Of a stretch of 64,000 nucleotides of DNA, positions 1 to 10,822 are shown one piece after another (position 1 is the stretch's first letter; every line of letters begins with the position of its first letter). The stretch spans positions 29,595 through 93,594 of the forward strand of contig CALXPL010000007.1 of NCBI GenBank assembly GCA_944390275.1. Reading direction: 5' to 3'. Both the position numbers and the translations under genes were made by a program. The notes beneath the pieces were generated by a model. That model had not been told where the DNA came from and did not search any database. It saw only the letters and a program-made list of their open reading frames with translations. The DNA is from an uncultured Alphaproteobacteria bacterium (GTDB lineage Bacteria > Pseudomonadota > Alphaproteobacteria > RF32 > CAG-239).

Positions 1-124
1 TATTTCCTTTAATTTGTTTACGACTTGTTGTTTCAAATTCAACATCTTCAATTTTATTTCCGTTGATGATAACGACGCGTGTTTCTTCGGGTTGAGTATC
101 ATCAATAAGCATTCTTTTTACCAT
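1..124 (-). CDS. rne: Ribonuclease E/G, N-terminus (truncated by window edge; not in ORF track)
   Basis: Manual translation from ATG at 124: MVKRMLIDDTQPEETRVVIINGNKIEDVEFETTSRKQIKGN, the typical alphaproteobacterial RNase E start. AAGGAG RBS just upstream; divergent from amiC as in the conserved locus. Confidence 0.93.
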   Translation of the reverse strand, partial: MVKRMLIDDTQPEETRVVIINGNKIEDVEFETTSRKQIKGN

Positions 125-638
125 AATAAACTCCTTTCCGATTCTCAAAATAAAGTTTTGAGAATGGTATCAAAACAATCATATAGAAGGTAATATTCTG
201 AGAAAAATTTAAATGAGTCGTCAACCCAGAGACACACAAGAACAAGTTTCCTAATTGTAAAGAGATAAATTGAGGAAACAAAAACTTTAAATTTTTCATT
301 TTAGGCTTAATTATTTCTTGCTTATTTAGTGCCTAAAATGTAAGAATACACCCCTAAAAAACTTTCATAAACTGTTGCATGTAGAGAATGCATAACAACT
401 TCGACGCATCACAATAAAGTGTAAAGATAAAAACTTTATAAATTTGGTCGATAAACATACCAGCTTCTATGCATACAACAAGGATAGCATATACAATTTG
501 ATTTAAAACACAACATCATTTTACACAAATGCATAAATTTTTTTTATTAAGAGAATGGTAAGAAGTAGGGGATATAATTAAAAAGATAAAAGAATGCGAG
601 TAACAGCAAGCAGATACACAAAAGGGATAGAAACAGGG

Positions 639-1850
639 ATGAAAAGAGCCAAAAATATATTTTGGACAGTAATTATGGTGCTTATCATGATGATAAGCAG
701 TGTTTCTGCTGGTCAAATAAAATCGATGAGGATAGGTCAGGGAATAGGAAGTGTTCGTATAGTTTTTGATGCTGACAGTGAATTTGAATATAAGGCATTT
801 TTATTATCTGCGCCGTCACGTTTAGTGGTTGATGTTTATGATGTAAATGTAAATCAGAATATAGAAAGACAAATTTCCAAAAATAATTTAATTAGTTCCA
901 CACGACTAGGTGTTCTTGGCGAAAACGGAAAGAGAATAGTTTTTGATTTGGAAAAACCGGTTGTTATAAAGAAAGCCTTTATGTTAGCGCCGCAGAGTAA
1001 TTTTGGATGGCGTTTTGTCGTGGATATAGCGATAGCCTCAGAGCGTGAGTTTAAGTCAAAAGTAGGTACAGAATACGCTTTTACCAGTAGTGATAACGGC
1101 GGAAAAAAGAAAAGTTCGAGCACAAAAACAAGCAAAGCCAAAAGCAATTCAAATAAAAAATATGTGATAGTATTAGACCCCGGACATGGCGGAAAAGATC
1201 CGGGAGCAATAGGGTATTCGGGAGTCTATGAAAAGAATATTACGTTAGCTATGGGCAAAGAGTTAAAAGCCCAACTGGAAAAGAGCGGAAAATATAAAGT
1301 TTATTTAACCAGAAGTACGGATAAATTTATTCCGTTACGCGATAGAGTAAAAATAGCCAGAAAATATAATGCTGATTTGTTTTTATCGATTCATGCGGAT
1401 AGTGCCAAGAACAGGGATGCAAAAGGTTTGTCGGTTTATACCTTGTCTGAAACGGCATCAGATAAGGAAGCAGCGGCTTTGGCCGAAAGAGAAAATAAAG
1501 CGGATGTTATCGCTGGTTTGAACTTGGTTGAACATTCAAGAGAAGTATCGGACATATTAATAAATCTAGCACAAAGAGAAAGTATGAACCGCTCTTCGGA
1601 ATTTGCCGGTTTCATGGTTCAAGAAATGAAAAATTCGGTACAGATGGTTTCCAATACGCATCGTTTTGCCGGTTTTGCGGTTTTGAAAGCCCCCGATGTT
1701 CCGTCGGTATTGCTGGAAATGGGCTATCTTTCCAATCGTCAGGAAGAAAGATTATTAAAACAACAAACGTATCGCCGTAAATTAGTTTTAGCAACGCAAA
1801 GAGCAATAGACAGTTATTTTGAAAATATGAAACATGCTTCCGTATTTTAA
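639..1850 (+). CDS. amiC: N-acetylmuramoyl-L-alanine amidase (AMIN + Amidase_3)
   Basis: LDPGHGGKDPGA, SIHAD and VLLEMGYLSN motifs; N-terminal signal and AMIN-like region. ATG at 639 preferred over 594. Confidence 0.93.
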   Translation: MKRAKNIFWTVIMVLIMMISSVSAGQIKSMRIGQGIGSVRIVFDADSEFEYKAFLLSAPSRLVVDVYDVNVNQNIERQISKNNLISSTRLGVLGENGKRIVFDLEKPVVIKKAFMLAPQSNFGWRFVVDIAIASEREFKSKVGTEYAFTSSDNGGKKKSSSTKTSKAKSNSNKKYVIVLDPGHGGKDPGAIGYSGVYEKNITLAMGKELKAQLEKSGKYKVYLTRSTDKFIPLRDRVKIARKYNADLFLSIHADSAKNRDAKGLSVYTLSETASDKEAAALAERENKADVIAGLNLVEHSREVSDILINLAQRESMNRSSEFAGFMVQEMKNSVQMVSNTHRFAGFAVLKAPDVPSVLLEMGYLSNRQEERLLKQQTYRRKLVLATQRAIDSYFENMKHASVF

Positions 1851-1919
1851 GGATAAGGACAGGGAAAGATATTTAATAAAAGGTAAAAAACTTTTGCAAT
1901 TTATTTTAATTGTACTAAA

Positions 1920-4412
1920 TTGATAAAAAAGTCATTATATCTTTTATGGAAATATCTTATGTTTAAAACATTGACCACGCTGTTAAGCGCAGCATTCTTT
2001 TTTGCTGTAATAGGAATTATAGGATTACTTATCGGTTATTGGAAAATATCACAAGATTTACCGGATTATCACCAATTATCAGATTATGCACCACCGGTAA
2101 CCACGCGTTTATACGCCGGAGATGGTCAGTTATTAATGGAATACGCGGCTCAAAAAAGGTTGTTTGTACCGGAAAATCAAATTCCGGACAAAGTTAAAAA
2201 TGCTTTTATAGCGGCGGAAGATAAAAATTTTTACAATCATTCGGGAATAGATTTTATAGGGATTGCTCGTGCTGTCTTAGTAAATTTAAAGAATTTTGGT
2301 AGTGGACGTCGTCCGTCTGGAGCTTCGACAATTACCCAACAAGTTGCCAAAAACTTTTTCTTAAGTTCGGAAGTATCAATATTAAGAAAAATAAAAGAAG
2401 CAATTTTGTCGGTAAGAATGGAACAGGCATTTACCAAAGAACACATCTTGGAATTATACTTAAATGAGATTTATTTAGGCAACAGAGCCTATGGTGTGGC
2501 AGCGGCAGCTTTGAATTATTTTGGAAAGCCGTTGAATGAATTGGAACTGGAAGAGATAGCTTACTTGGCCGCCTTACCGAAAGGTCCGAATAATTACAAT
2601 CCCAAAACAAAATATGACAACGCAATAGCAAGAAGAAATTGGGTTTTAGGCAGAATGCAGGAAGACGGTTATATATCTGAGGAAGAAGCAGAAATAGCCA
2701 AAGCCAAGCCGTTAAAAGTAGTCGATAGAAGCGGAGAATTTGTAAAAAACGCGGACTACTTCAGCGAAGAAGTTCGCCGTGAAATACAAAAGAAATTTGG
2801 AGAAGATGCATTATACGAAGGCGGTTTGATAGTTCGAACGACATTAGATCCTCATCTTCAAGACATCGCAACGAGAGTATTTCGTGAAGAGATAAAAAAT
2901 TATGATATTCGTCACGGTTATCGCGGTCCGATAAGTCATTGGGATGGTGCCTCGACATATAATGAAAAATTAGAAAAAGCCGAATATCCTCAAGGATCAG
3001 AAAAAGATTGGGAAATAGCTGTTGTCACCGGAGTAAATGACAAAGAAGCGGTAATAAGAACAAAATCGGGAGCTTTGGGAAGTATTCCTTATGAATTGGT
3101 AAAATGGGCACGCAAGAATTTGCCGGAGCAAAGAATAGGTAACACCCCGAAAAACGTTAAAGAAGTTTTGCAAGAGGGTGATGTTATTTTGGTAGAAAAA
3201 ATAAGTCCGGCGGAAGCAAAGAAAAAGAAAGTTACCACAGATTCATACTATTTAAGACAAATTCCCAATGTCAACGGAGGGTTAATAGCCATGGATCCGC
3301 ATACGGGTAAGGTTTTGGCAATAGTAGGGGGGTATGATTTCAAACTTTCACAGTTTAATCGTGTTATTCAAGCTCGCCGCCAAACCGGCTCGTCATTTAA
3401 GCCGATAGTTTATTTAACGGCATTGGAAAACGGCTATTCTCCAACGGATTTAATTTTGGATGCGCCGTTTGTTTTAGACCAAGGCCCCGGATTGCCGAAA
3501 TGGAAACCTGTTAATTATTCGCGAAATTTTTCAGGGTTAACCACCTTGAGGCAAGGAGTGGAAAAGTCAAAGAATTTGATGACGGTAAGATTAGCTCAAG
3601 AAGTTGGTATGGATAAAGTAGCCGCGGAAGCGAAAAAGCTGGGGGTTAATAACAATCTTCCGGAATTGTTGTCCATGTCTTTAGGAGCGGGGGATACACG
3701 TTTGATAGATTTATCATCAGCTTATGCGGTAATGGTAAATGGCGGCAAGAAAGTAACTCCGTATTTTATTGAAAGAATACAAGATAGAAATGGTAAGACC
3801 ATATACAAACATGATAAACGCGTCTGCCAAGATTGTAAGGCAACGGAATGGAACAATCAAGACATACCGGAACTAGCTTCAAATCAAGAACAAATTGTCG
3901 ATAAATATGCTGCCTATCAAATGACCAGTATATTAGAAGGTGTCGCCATCAGAGGAACAGCCGCAAGATTAAGAGCGTTAAAGAAACATCTTGCCGGTAA
4001 AACGGGAACATCAAATGATAGTAAAGATGCGTGGTTTATAGGTTTTTCACCGGACTTAGTTGTTGGAACTTATGTCGGATTTGATGAACCGAGAAGTTTA
4101 GGTTCAAGAGAAACAGGTTCATCAGCCGCATTACCGATTTTTTATAGTTTCATGCAAGAAGCCTTAGCCGATAAAGCCGACATTCCGTTCCGAATTCCGG
4201 AAGGAATGAGATTGATGCGCGTTAATTACAATACGGGAAAACCGGCAACGCCGCAAGATAAATCCGTTATCGTAGAGGCTTTGCAGCCGGATTTTGACTT
4301 TGACCGAATGCGTCAAAAAGTAATCGGCGGCGGAGAAGATAGTGAAGAAGAAGGGGATAAAATTTTCTATGGAGAAGATAATACCGACTTTCAATTAGGA
4401 ACACAATATTAG
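1920..4412 (+). CDS. mrcA: Penicillin-binding protein 1A
   Basis: Transglycosylase motifs EDKNFYNH and GASTITQQVAKN; transpeptidase motifs SSFK, SKN and KTG. Confidence 0.96.
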   Translation: MIKKSLYLLWKYLMFKTLTTLLSAAFFFAVIGIIGLLIGYWKISQDLPDYHQLSDYAPPVTTRLYAGDGQLLMEYAAQKRLFVPENQIPDKVKNAFIAAEDKNFYNHSGIDFIGIARAVLVNLKNFGSGRRPSGASTITQQVAKNFFLSSEVSILRKIKEAILSVRMEQAFTKEHILELYLNEIYLGNRAYGVAAAALNYFGKPLNELELEEIAYLAALPKGPNNYNPKTKYDNAIARRNWVLGRMQEDGYISEEEAEIAKAKPLKVVDRSGEFVKNADYFSEEVRREIQKKFGEDALYEGGLIVRTTLDPHLQDIATRVFREEIKNYDIRHGYRGPISHWDGASTYNEKLEKAEYPQGSEKDWEIAVVTGVNDKEAVIRTKSGALGSIPYELVKWARKNLPEQRIGNTPKNVKEVLQEGDVILVEKISPAEAKKKKVTTDSYYLRQIPNVNGGLIAMDPHTGKVLAIVGGYDFKLSQFNRVIQARRQTGSSFKPIVYLTALENGYSPTDLILDAPFVLDQGPGLPKWKPVNYSRNFSGLTTLRQGVEKSKNLMTVRLAQEVGMDKVAAEAKKLGVNNNLPELLSMSLGAGDTRLIDLSSAYAVMVNGGKKVTPYFIERIQDRNGKTIYKHDKRVCQDCKATEWNNQDIPELASNQEQIVDKYAAYQMTSILEGVAIRGTAARLRALKKHLAGKTGTSNDSKDAWFIGFSPDLVVGTYVGFDEPRSLGSRETGSSAALPIFYSFMQEALADKADIPFRIPEGMRLMRVNYNTGKPATPQDKSVIVEALQPDFDFDRMRQKVIGGGEDSEEEGDKIFYGEDNTDFQLGTQY

Positions 4413-4423
4413 AAGGAATAGCC

Positions 4424-5540
4424 ATGAGAGCCGAAATAGAAGAAATAAGTATAAGAATTGAGCAATCATTAGCATTGCTGAGGAGGTCTCTTTGACTATG
4501 AAAATTCACTTCTTCGTATTGAGGAATTAAATGCCTTAACACAAGATGAAAAATTATGGCAAGATGCCGCGAAAGCGAAAAAACTCATGAGTGAAAAAAC
4601 GCGATTGGAAGAGGCGATATCTCATTATAATCAGTTGGAAAAGACACAAAGCGAATTAAAAGAATTGGCTGAATTAGCGGATTCAGAAAATGATGAAATG
4701 TTGCTCCAAGATATCATGACACAATTTCAAGATTTAGAAAAAGAGGCAAAGAGAGGAGAGTTAGAAGCCCTCTTGTCGGGAGAGGTCGATGCCAATGACG
4801 CCTACTTGGAAGTCCATGCGGGAAGTGGAGGTACGGAAGCTCAAGATTGGGCGGAAATGCTCTTAAGAATGTACACACGTTGGGCAGAGAGCCATAATTA
4901 TAAGGTTGAATATATTGAAGAAACGGAAGGCGATGTTGCCGGAATAAAGTCCGTTACCATAAAGATAAGCGGACATAATGCTTATGGCTGGTTAAAGTCA
5001 GAAACGGGGGTTCATCGTTTGGTAAGAATATCACCGTTTGACAGTGCGGGACGAAGACATACGAGTTTTGCGTCCATAGGTGTTTATCCGGTAATTGACG
5101 ATGAGATAGAAATTAACATAAATGAAGCCGATTGCAGGATAGATACTTACCGTTCATCGGGAGCCGGTGGACAACATATTAATAAAACCGATTCGGCAGT
5201 AAGAATCACGCATATTCCGACGGGAATAGTTGTTCAATGTCAAACGCAGCGTTCTCAATTTCAAAATAGAGAGAGTGCATGGAAAATGTTAAAGTCCCGT
5301 TTGTATGAAATAGAGTTGAAAAAGCGCGAAGAAAAAGAACAAAACATGAGAGATGCGCAAAGTGACATCGGTTGGGGATATCAAATACGTTCTTATGTTT
5401 TGCAACCCTATAAGATGGTAAAAGATTTAAGAACAGAAGTTGAAACCTCGGATTGCAAAGCGGTTCTAGATGGTGATATCGATTTGTTTTTGTCTGCGGC
5501 ATTGGCAAGCAAGGTAGGGCAATCATGCGAAGTTGGATAA
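4424..5540 (+). CDS. prfB: Peptide chain release factor 2, translated via programmed +1 frameshift
   Basis: ATG at 4424 gives MRAEIEEISIRIEQSLALLRRSL, ending at CTT TGA C (4490-4496). The +1 frame from 4494 joins the ORF carrying SPF and GGQ motifs. Confidence 0.97.
4481..4496 (+). promoter_or_regulatory. prfB +1 frameshift signal
   Basis: AGGAGG-TCT-CTT-TGA-C: internal SD, slippery CUU, UGA stop. Confidence 0.95.
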
Positions 5541-6352
5541 AGAGAATGCTCATAAGTTTATTGGTGCTTTATATTATTTTTTGCGGAAGTGTTTATTTTT
5601 TTCCGGAGTATTTTTTTTATAAGCCGTCATCGGAAAAATCGGATATAAACAAAGCACGAGAGGGTGGATTTTTAGCGGAAGAAGTAAATTATTACGCATC
5701 GGACGGAACGGAAGAATTAGCATGGTTTGTAAAGCCCCGAAACGATAAAAAGGTAATTTTATTTTTTCATGGCAACGCACATAATTTAGAAAGTTTTTAT
5801 TATAAACTTTTACCATTTGCAGAAGACGGTTATGGAATTTTTATGCCGGAATACCGAGGTTTTGGAGGACAGACAGGTAAAATTACCCAAAAGAATTTAG
5901 AGCAAGACGCCTTAGCGGCAATTCATTATTTGCGAGGACAAGGCTATAAGAATGAGAATATCATTGTTTATGGATTATCCTTGGGTTCACACATGGCCAT
6001 AAACACCGTTTATGAACTTCAAAGCAAAGGCGATTTTGCGGGATTGGTTTTGGAAGTTCCGTTTAACAATATTGTTGAAACCGCCAAAGCAGTAGTAAAA
6101 TTTCCGTTTCCTTACGATTTAATCATCAAGGACAAATATGAAAATCGAGAGATGATAGGAAAAATTAACACACCGATTTTGATACAAGGGGGAAGACAAG
6201 ATAAATTAGTTCCGGTAAAGTTGGCTGAAGATTTATATAAATATGCGCAAGAGCCGAAAAAGATTGAGATTTATGAGGACGGAACGCATAATGGATTGTA
6301 TCGATTAGAAAATTATAACAGTATAAAAAAATGGCTGGAAGAAAATAAATGA
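5525..6352 (+). CDS. Alpha/beta hydrolase (ABHD13/BEM46-like)
   Basis: FFHGNA, YRGFG, GLSLG nucleophile motif, D and H of the triad; N-terminal TM helix. Confidence 0.88.
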   Translation: MRSWIKRMLISLLVLYIIFCGSVYFFPEYFFYKPSSEKSDINKAREGGFLAEEVNYYASDGTEELAWFVKPRNDKKVILFFHGNAHNLESFYYKLLPFAEDGYGIFMPEYRGFGGQTGKITQKNLEQDALAAIHYLRGQGYKNENIIVYGLSLGSHMAINTVYELQSKGDFAGLVLEVPFNNIVETAKAVVKFPFPYDLIIKDKYENREMIGKINTPILIQGGRQDKLVPVKLAEDLYKYAQEPKKIEIYEDGTHNGLYRLENYNSIKKWLEENK

Positions 6353-9300
6353 AAAAGGTATCGAATAAAAAATATCGAGCATATAAGATACTAGATTATT
6401 TGGGAGTCTTTTTTCTGACGATTCTCATGCTGTTTTTATGGCAATTATACAAAGGCCCGATATCTGTTCCTTATTTAAAACCCTACATCATTAAAGCCTT
6501 AAACAGTGATGATTCGACCTATCAAGTCAGCGTCGATTCGGTAAACATAGAATTGGTACGTTCAATTCAACCGATAAAAATTATTGCGAATAATATTGTA
6601 TTTAAGAAAGCGGATGACAGTTTTATCGTCAATGCTCCCCGCACATCATTATCATTTAGTATTCGCGCCTTATTACGAGGAATAATCGCCCCCAGCGCCA
6701 TAGAGGTCGATTCTCCGAATATATATGTTTTTACCAACTATGGAATAGAAAGCGGGAAAATAAATGAAATTAATAAGAAAAAGTTAGAATATTATTTTCG
6801 CTCTGCGGAAGATTTTTTGGAAAGATTTAATTCCGATGATAAATATTATGCGGAAAGTTACATTAATCGTATAATAGTCAACAATGCCTCGGTAGAGTTT
6901 CATGAAGTAGATTTAGGACGTAAATGGGTAATGCCGGATGTTAATTATACATTTGAAAGAAATTTTGCCAATATCAGTACGGATATAAATGCATTAGTTA
7001 AGATAAAAGATAAAGTTTCCTCAGCCGGTTTAAATCTGACCTACCAAAATTATAATGATATGATGCAAATCAAGACTTATTTCAGCGATGTTATTCCGTC
7101 AGAATTAATAGGAAGTTTTTTAGAAGATGAAGTTAATCAAAAACTTTATAAGGTAAATCTTCCGATAAGCGGAGAATTACAAGCAAATATAGATTTTAAA
7201 GAAGTATTGAAATACAAAGATAAAATAGCGGATAATATCGATAAAGTCGTCAAAAAAGTTGATTTCAAAATTGAAGGCGGACAAGGTAATATCATGTTTA
7301 ATTCGGACGAAAGGATGAAATATGATATAAGTTCTTTTAATTTGCAGGGAAACATAATCGGAGGAATAGATAAAGTAGTAATCAAGAATGCCGATTTTGA
7401 TTTAAATGGATTAAAGACAAAGATAGGATTTGAAACCAAAGGGTTTAAGAAATATTTTTTAGAGAATTCGTTAAAAGATTTAGAGATAAAAGTAAGTGCT
7501 TGGATAAAAGAAGTAAAGTTTGATGATTTATCCAAATATTGGCCGCGTTATATAGTCGAGAGTGCTTGGTATTGGTGTAAGACGAGTTTATTTGTTGGCA
7601 AGGCGGAGAATGCAATATTTGAGTTTGATTTCGGTTATGATAAGAAACAAAAAGATATAGTTTTATCAAAATTAGATGGCAAAGTAGAAGTAAAAGATGC
7701 GGAAGTAAATTACTTGGCAGACATGCCGAATATAAAGAATGCTTACGGGCAAGCCTATTTCAGTTCGGATGAAATAAAAGTGGATATAGATAAAGGGTTA
7801 TCGGAAGGAGTAATTTTAACGGGAGGCTCTGTCCGCTTATATGATTTGAATAAAGCCAAAAGTTATGCGGACATCAAGTTGCAAATGGAATCAAGCGTAA
7901 AAGATGCGTTAAGATTAATTGATAATCCGCCGCTAAATTTTGTAAAAGACATGAACATACCCGCCGATAAATTAAGCGGAAATGCGGTAACGGATTTAGG
8001 CTTAAAGTTTGAATTAAAAGACAATTTGGGACCGAAAGATGTTAATGCCGATGTAAAAGTCGTTTTGAGTGATGTAACAATGACAAACATAGTACAAGAG
8101 AAAAATATTACATCAAAAAAATTAGACCTTTTGGTTACGAATAATAATTTAAGATTATCGGGAGAAGCGGTTTTTGATGAAATACCGATAAAGTTGGTAT
8201 GGGATGAAAACTTTAATAATAAGCAAAACAAATCAAATTATGAAATATCATTCCGCTACAATGATGAAATAAAGAAAAAATTGGGAATAGATATTGATAT
8301 CTTAAATCCGCCATATATAGAAGGCTATGCGGAAGTAAAGTCAATAGTTTCCGTCAGTTCGGATAATAAAGTGCAAGTTAATGTCGATGCGGATATTACG
8401 AATGCGTCCATAGATTACTCCTTTTTAGGCTTTCGTAAATTGCAAGGAGCGACAGGAAATATTAAGACAGAATTATCTTTTGCCGATAACAAATTAGTGT
8501 CAGTTCCGTTTTTTGCTTTATCGAAATATGATTTTAATTTGAAAGGCAAAATCAGTCTGGATAAGAAGGGAAAACCGCAAGTGATAGATATTTATGAAAT
8601 ATCGGGACCCAAAACGAATGCGAAAGCCAAGATAGATTTTTCAGAAGTTAATAAAAGTCCGAAAATTGATATTAATGTGTCAGGAATGGAGTATGATTTA
8701 AGTGAGTTTTTTGCACGCAGAGAAAGCGACAAGAAGGAATTGTTTAAGAAACCCTTGGCCGAAGTCGAAAAAGATGAACAAGATGCGTTGGAACAAGTAA
8801 CGAATACGGATATAAATATAGCCGTAAACAAACTATGGACAAACCCCAATGTACCGATAAGTAATTTTGCCGGAGTAGCAAAATTAAGGAATGGTATAGG
8901 GGTTTATGAAGTTCACATGATAGGCAACTACGGTAATAGTAAGCAAGTAAAACTGAAAGCAGATTATGTTCCGAAACCCAATAATGAGTTTTATTTATCA
9001 ATAGACAGTAACAATGCAGGCAGTACATTAAAGGTTTTGCGCATTTATGAGAATATGAGCGGAGGCAATTTAAAGATAGAAGCGAAAAGGAATGCGGATA
9101 AAGAATTTGTTGGACACGCTTCTATAAGAGATTTCAATATTCATAATACGCCTGTTTTAGCAAAATTGTTGACGGTTTCATCATTGACGGGGATGGTCGA
9201 TATGTTAACAGGTGAGGGTATTGCTTTTTCTCATTTTGATGCTCCGTTTGAGTATAAAGATAAAGTATTATCAGTCAAAGATAGTAAAGCCTTTGGCAAT

Positions 9301-9579
9301 GTACTCGGGATTACGATAAATGGTTCATATGATGTAAGGAGTGAAGCATTAAAGGGAGACGGTGTTATAGCACCAGCGTATAGTATTAATAGCTTTTTAG
9401 GAAAAATACCGGTAGTAGGCAATTTGTTAGCCGGAAAGGATGGAACGGTATTTGCGGCAAATTATACGGTTTCGGGAACAATAAATGATCCGCAAGTGAG
9501 TATAAATCCCTTATCGCTGCTTAGTCCGAGTTCCTTAAAAGATTTATTTTCGAATTTGTTTGGAAATCAAGATGAGTAG
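6349..9579 (+). CDS. AsmA-like/YhdP-family (DUF3971 + AsmA_2 C-terminus) envelope protein
   Basis: N-terminal TM anchor, about 1070 aa beta-rich body, C-terminal GVIAPAYSINSFLGKIPVVGNLLAG...NPLSLLSP pattern. Confidence 0.85.
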   Translation: MKKVSNKKYRAYKILDYLGVFFLTILMLFLWQLYKGPISVPYLKPYIIKALNSDDSTYQVSVDSVNIELVRSIQPIKIIANNIVFKKADDSFIVNAPRTSLSFSIRALLRGIIAPSAIEVDSPNIYVFTNYGIESGKINEINKKKLEYYFRSAEDFLERFNSDDKYYAESYINRIIVNNASVEFHEVDLGRKWVMPDVNYTFERNFANISTDINALVKIKDKVSSAGLNLTYQNYNDMMQIKTYFSDVIPSELIGSFLEDEVNQKLYKVNLPISGELQANIDFKEVLKYKDKIADNIDKVVKKVDFKIEGGQGNIMFNSDERMKYDISSFNLQGNIIGGIDKVVIKNADFDLNGLKTKIGFETKGFKKYFLENSLKDLEIKVSAWIKEVKFDDLSKYWPRYIVESAWYWCKTSLFVGKAENAIFEFDFGYDKKQKDIVLSKLDGKVEVKDAEVNYLADMPNIKNAYGQAYFSSDEIKVDIDKGLSEGVILTGGSVRLYDLNKAKSYADIKLQMESSVKDALRLIDNPPLNFVKDMNIPADKLSGNAVTDLGLKFELKDNLGPKDVNADVKVVLSDVTMTNIVQEKNITSKKLDLLVTNNNLRLSGEAVFDEIPIKLVWDENFNNKQNKSNYEISFRYNDEIKKKLGIDIDILNPPYIEGYAEVKSIVSVSSDNKVQVNVDADITNASIDYSFLGFRKLQGATGNIKTELSFADNKLVSVPFFALSKYDFNLKGKISLDKKGKPQVIDIYEISGPKTNAKAKIDFSEVNKSPKIDINVSGMEYDLSEFFARRESDKKELFKKPLAEVEKDEQDALEQVTNTDINIAVNKLWTNPNVPISNFAGVAKLRNGIGVYEVHMIGNYGNSKQVKLKADYVPKPNNEFYLSIDSNNAGSTLKVLRIYENMSGGNLKIEAKRNADKEFVGHASIRDFNIHNTPVLAKLLTVSSLTGMVDMLTGEGIAFSHFDAPFEYKDKVLSVKDSKAFGNVLGITINGSYDVRSEALKGDGVIAPAYSINSFLGKIPVVGNLLAGKDGTVFAANYTVSGTINDPQVSINPLSLLSPSSLKDLFSNLFGNQDE

Positions 9580-10045
9580 AGAGATTAGGATAGGATTGGA
9601 TTTTCATGGGGTAATAAACAGCAATCCGGATTATTTTAAAGCATTTACACAAGAGGCGATAGGGCGAGGATGGAAGATATATATAATAACCGGAGGTCCC
9701 TATGAAAAAGTAGCAACATATTTAAGAGAACATAAGATAGAATACAATCATTTATTTGCCATATTTGATTATTATCAGGAACAAGGTTTAGCAGAAATAC
9801 GAGCAGACGGAGAATTCAAGATAGAAAAGGCCTTATGGGATAAAACCAAAGCGACATATTGTCGAGAACATAAGATAGATATTCATATCGATGATAGTAA
9901 AGAATATAAGAAGAGTTTCAGTACGCCTTATTGTCGTTATGATGCAACGACACATGAATGCTTTTTAGATGTAGAGCATAAATTAGATTTATCCAAATCC
10001 ATATCGGCAACACTAGATAAGATTGAAAAATTTTTAAAGGAATAA
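9572..10045 (+). CDS. HAD-superfamily-like small protein
   Basis: IGLDFHGVI (motif I-like), IITG (motif II-like), IHIDDS (motif IV-like). Confidence 0.65.
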   Translation: MSREIRIGLDFHGVINSNPDYFKAFTQEAIGRGWKIYIITGGPYEKVATYLREHKIEYNHLFAIFDYYQEQGLAEIRADGEFKIEKALWDKTKATYCREHKIDIHIDDSKEYKKSFSTPYCRYDATTHECFLDVEHKLDLSKSISATLDKIEKFLKE

Positions 10046-10087
10046 TTTACGATATATTAAGAAAAGAGCATTAAAATGCGCCCGTAA

Positions 10088-10822
10088 TTGGAAGAAACAG
10101 GGCAAAAAAACAATATGTGTGAAATAACGGAAGAAATAGCGCATATTAATGGCATACCGAAAAAACTGGTAGTTTTTTTGCATGGCTATATAGATTGTGC
10201 GCAAACGGTAGATAAGATAATCAGTCCGAAGTTTGGTTTACTTGAAAATTATGCCATACATATTCCACAAGCCCCTCTAGTTTGTGAAATACACGAAAAA
10301 AAAAGACAGTGGTATTCGATGCATCAATTTGATCCGAATGATGAGCGCAAGACGGTTGCGACACTAGAGGAATGTATTCAGATATATGAGAAGATGAAAC
10401 TGGGGTTAGAAAGTGCTTATCACTATTTGCGTGCGTATATAGACAATTTGCTCAATGAGTATCAACTAGACTTAAAAGATTTGTATTTGTGTGGATTTTC
10501 ACAAGGAGCAATGTTGGCTTTATATACATCGCTTATGTTGGAAGAAAAAATTGGAGGCTGTGTTAGTTTTAGTGGTATAGTTGTTCCGGAAAAGTGGTTA
10601 TTAAAACACCATAAAAGCAGTCCAAAGGTTCTCCTCCTTCATGGGGATAAAGATAATTTAGTTCGTTTTTGTTCAATGGAGCATAGTAAAAAAGTATTAG
10701 AAACGATGGGATGTCAAGTTACAAATAAGACAGTCAAAGGCGAGCAACATCGCATTACAGATTCGGGCCTAGAAGATGCTCTAAAATTTATTTCTGAAAC
10801 TACAAAAAAGGGAGAGGATTAA
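10088..10822 (+). CDS. Phospholipase/carboxylesterase family hydrolase
   Basis: FLHGY, GFSQGA, LHGDKDNLV and a C-terminal His; ATG at 10115 is an alternative start. Confidence 0.9.
   Translation: MEETGQKNNMCEITEEIAHINGIPKKLVVFLHGYIDCAQTVDKIISPKFGLLENYAIHIPQAPLVCEIHEKKRQWYSMHQFDPNDERKTVATLEECIQIYEKMKLGLESAYHYLRAYIDNLLNEYQLDLKDLYLCGFSQGAMLALYTSLMLEEKIGGCVSFSGIVVPEKWLLKHHKSSPKVLLLHGDKDNLVRFCSMEHSKKVLETMGCQVTNKTVKGEQHRITDSGLEDALKFISETTKKGED

Noticed and set aside
102-299. 65-aa minus-strand ORF from the track
   Set aside because: It overlaps the real rne start in another frame and has no recognisable features; probably UTR.
4587-5540. Apparently N-truncated RF2 or pseudogene
   Set aside because: Explained by the programmed +1 frameshift.
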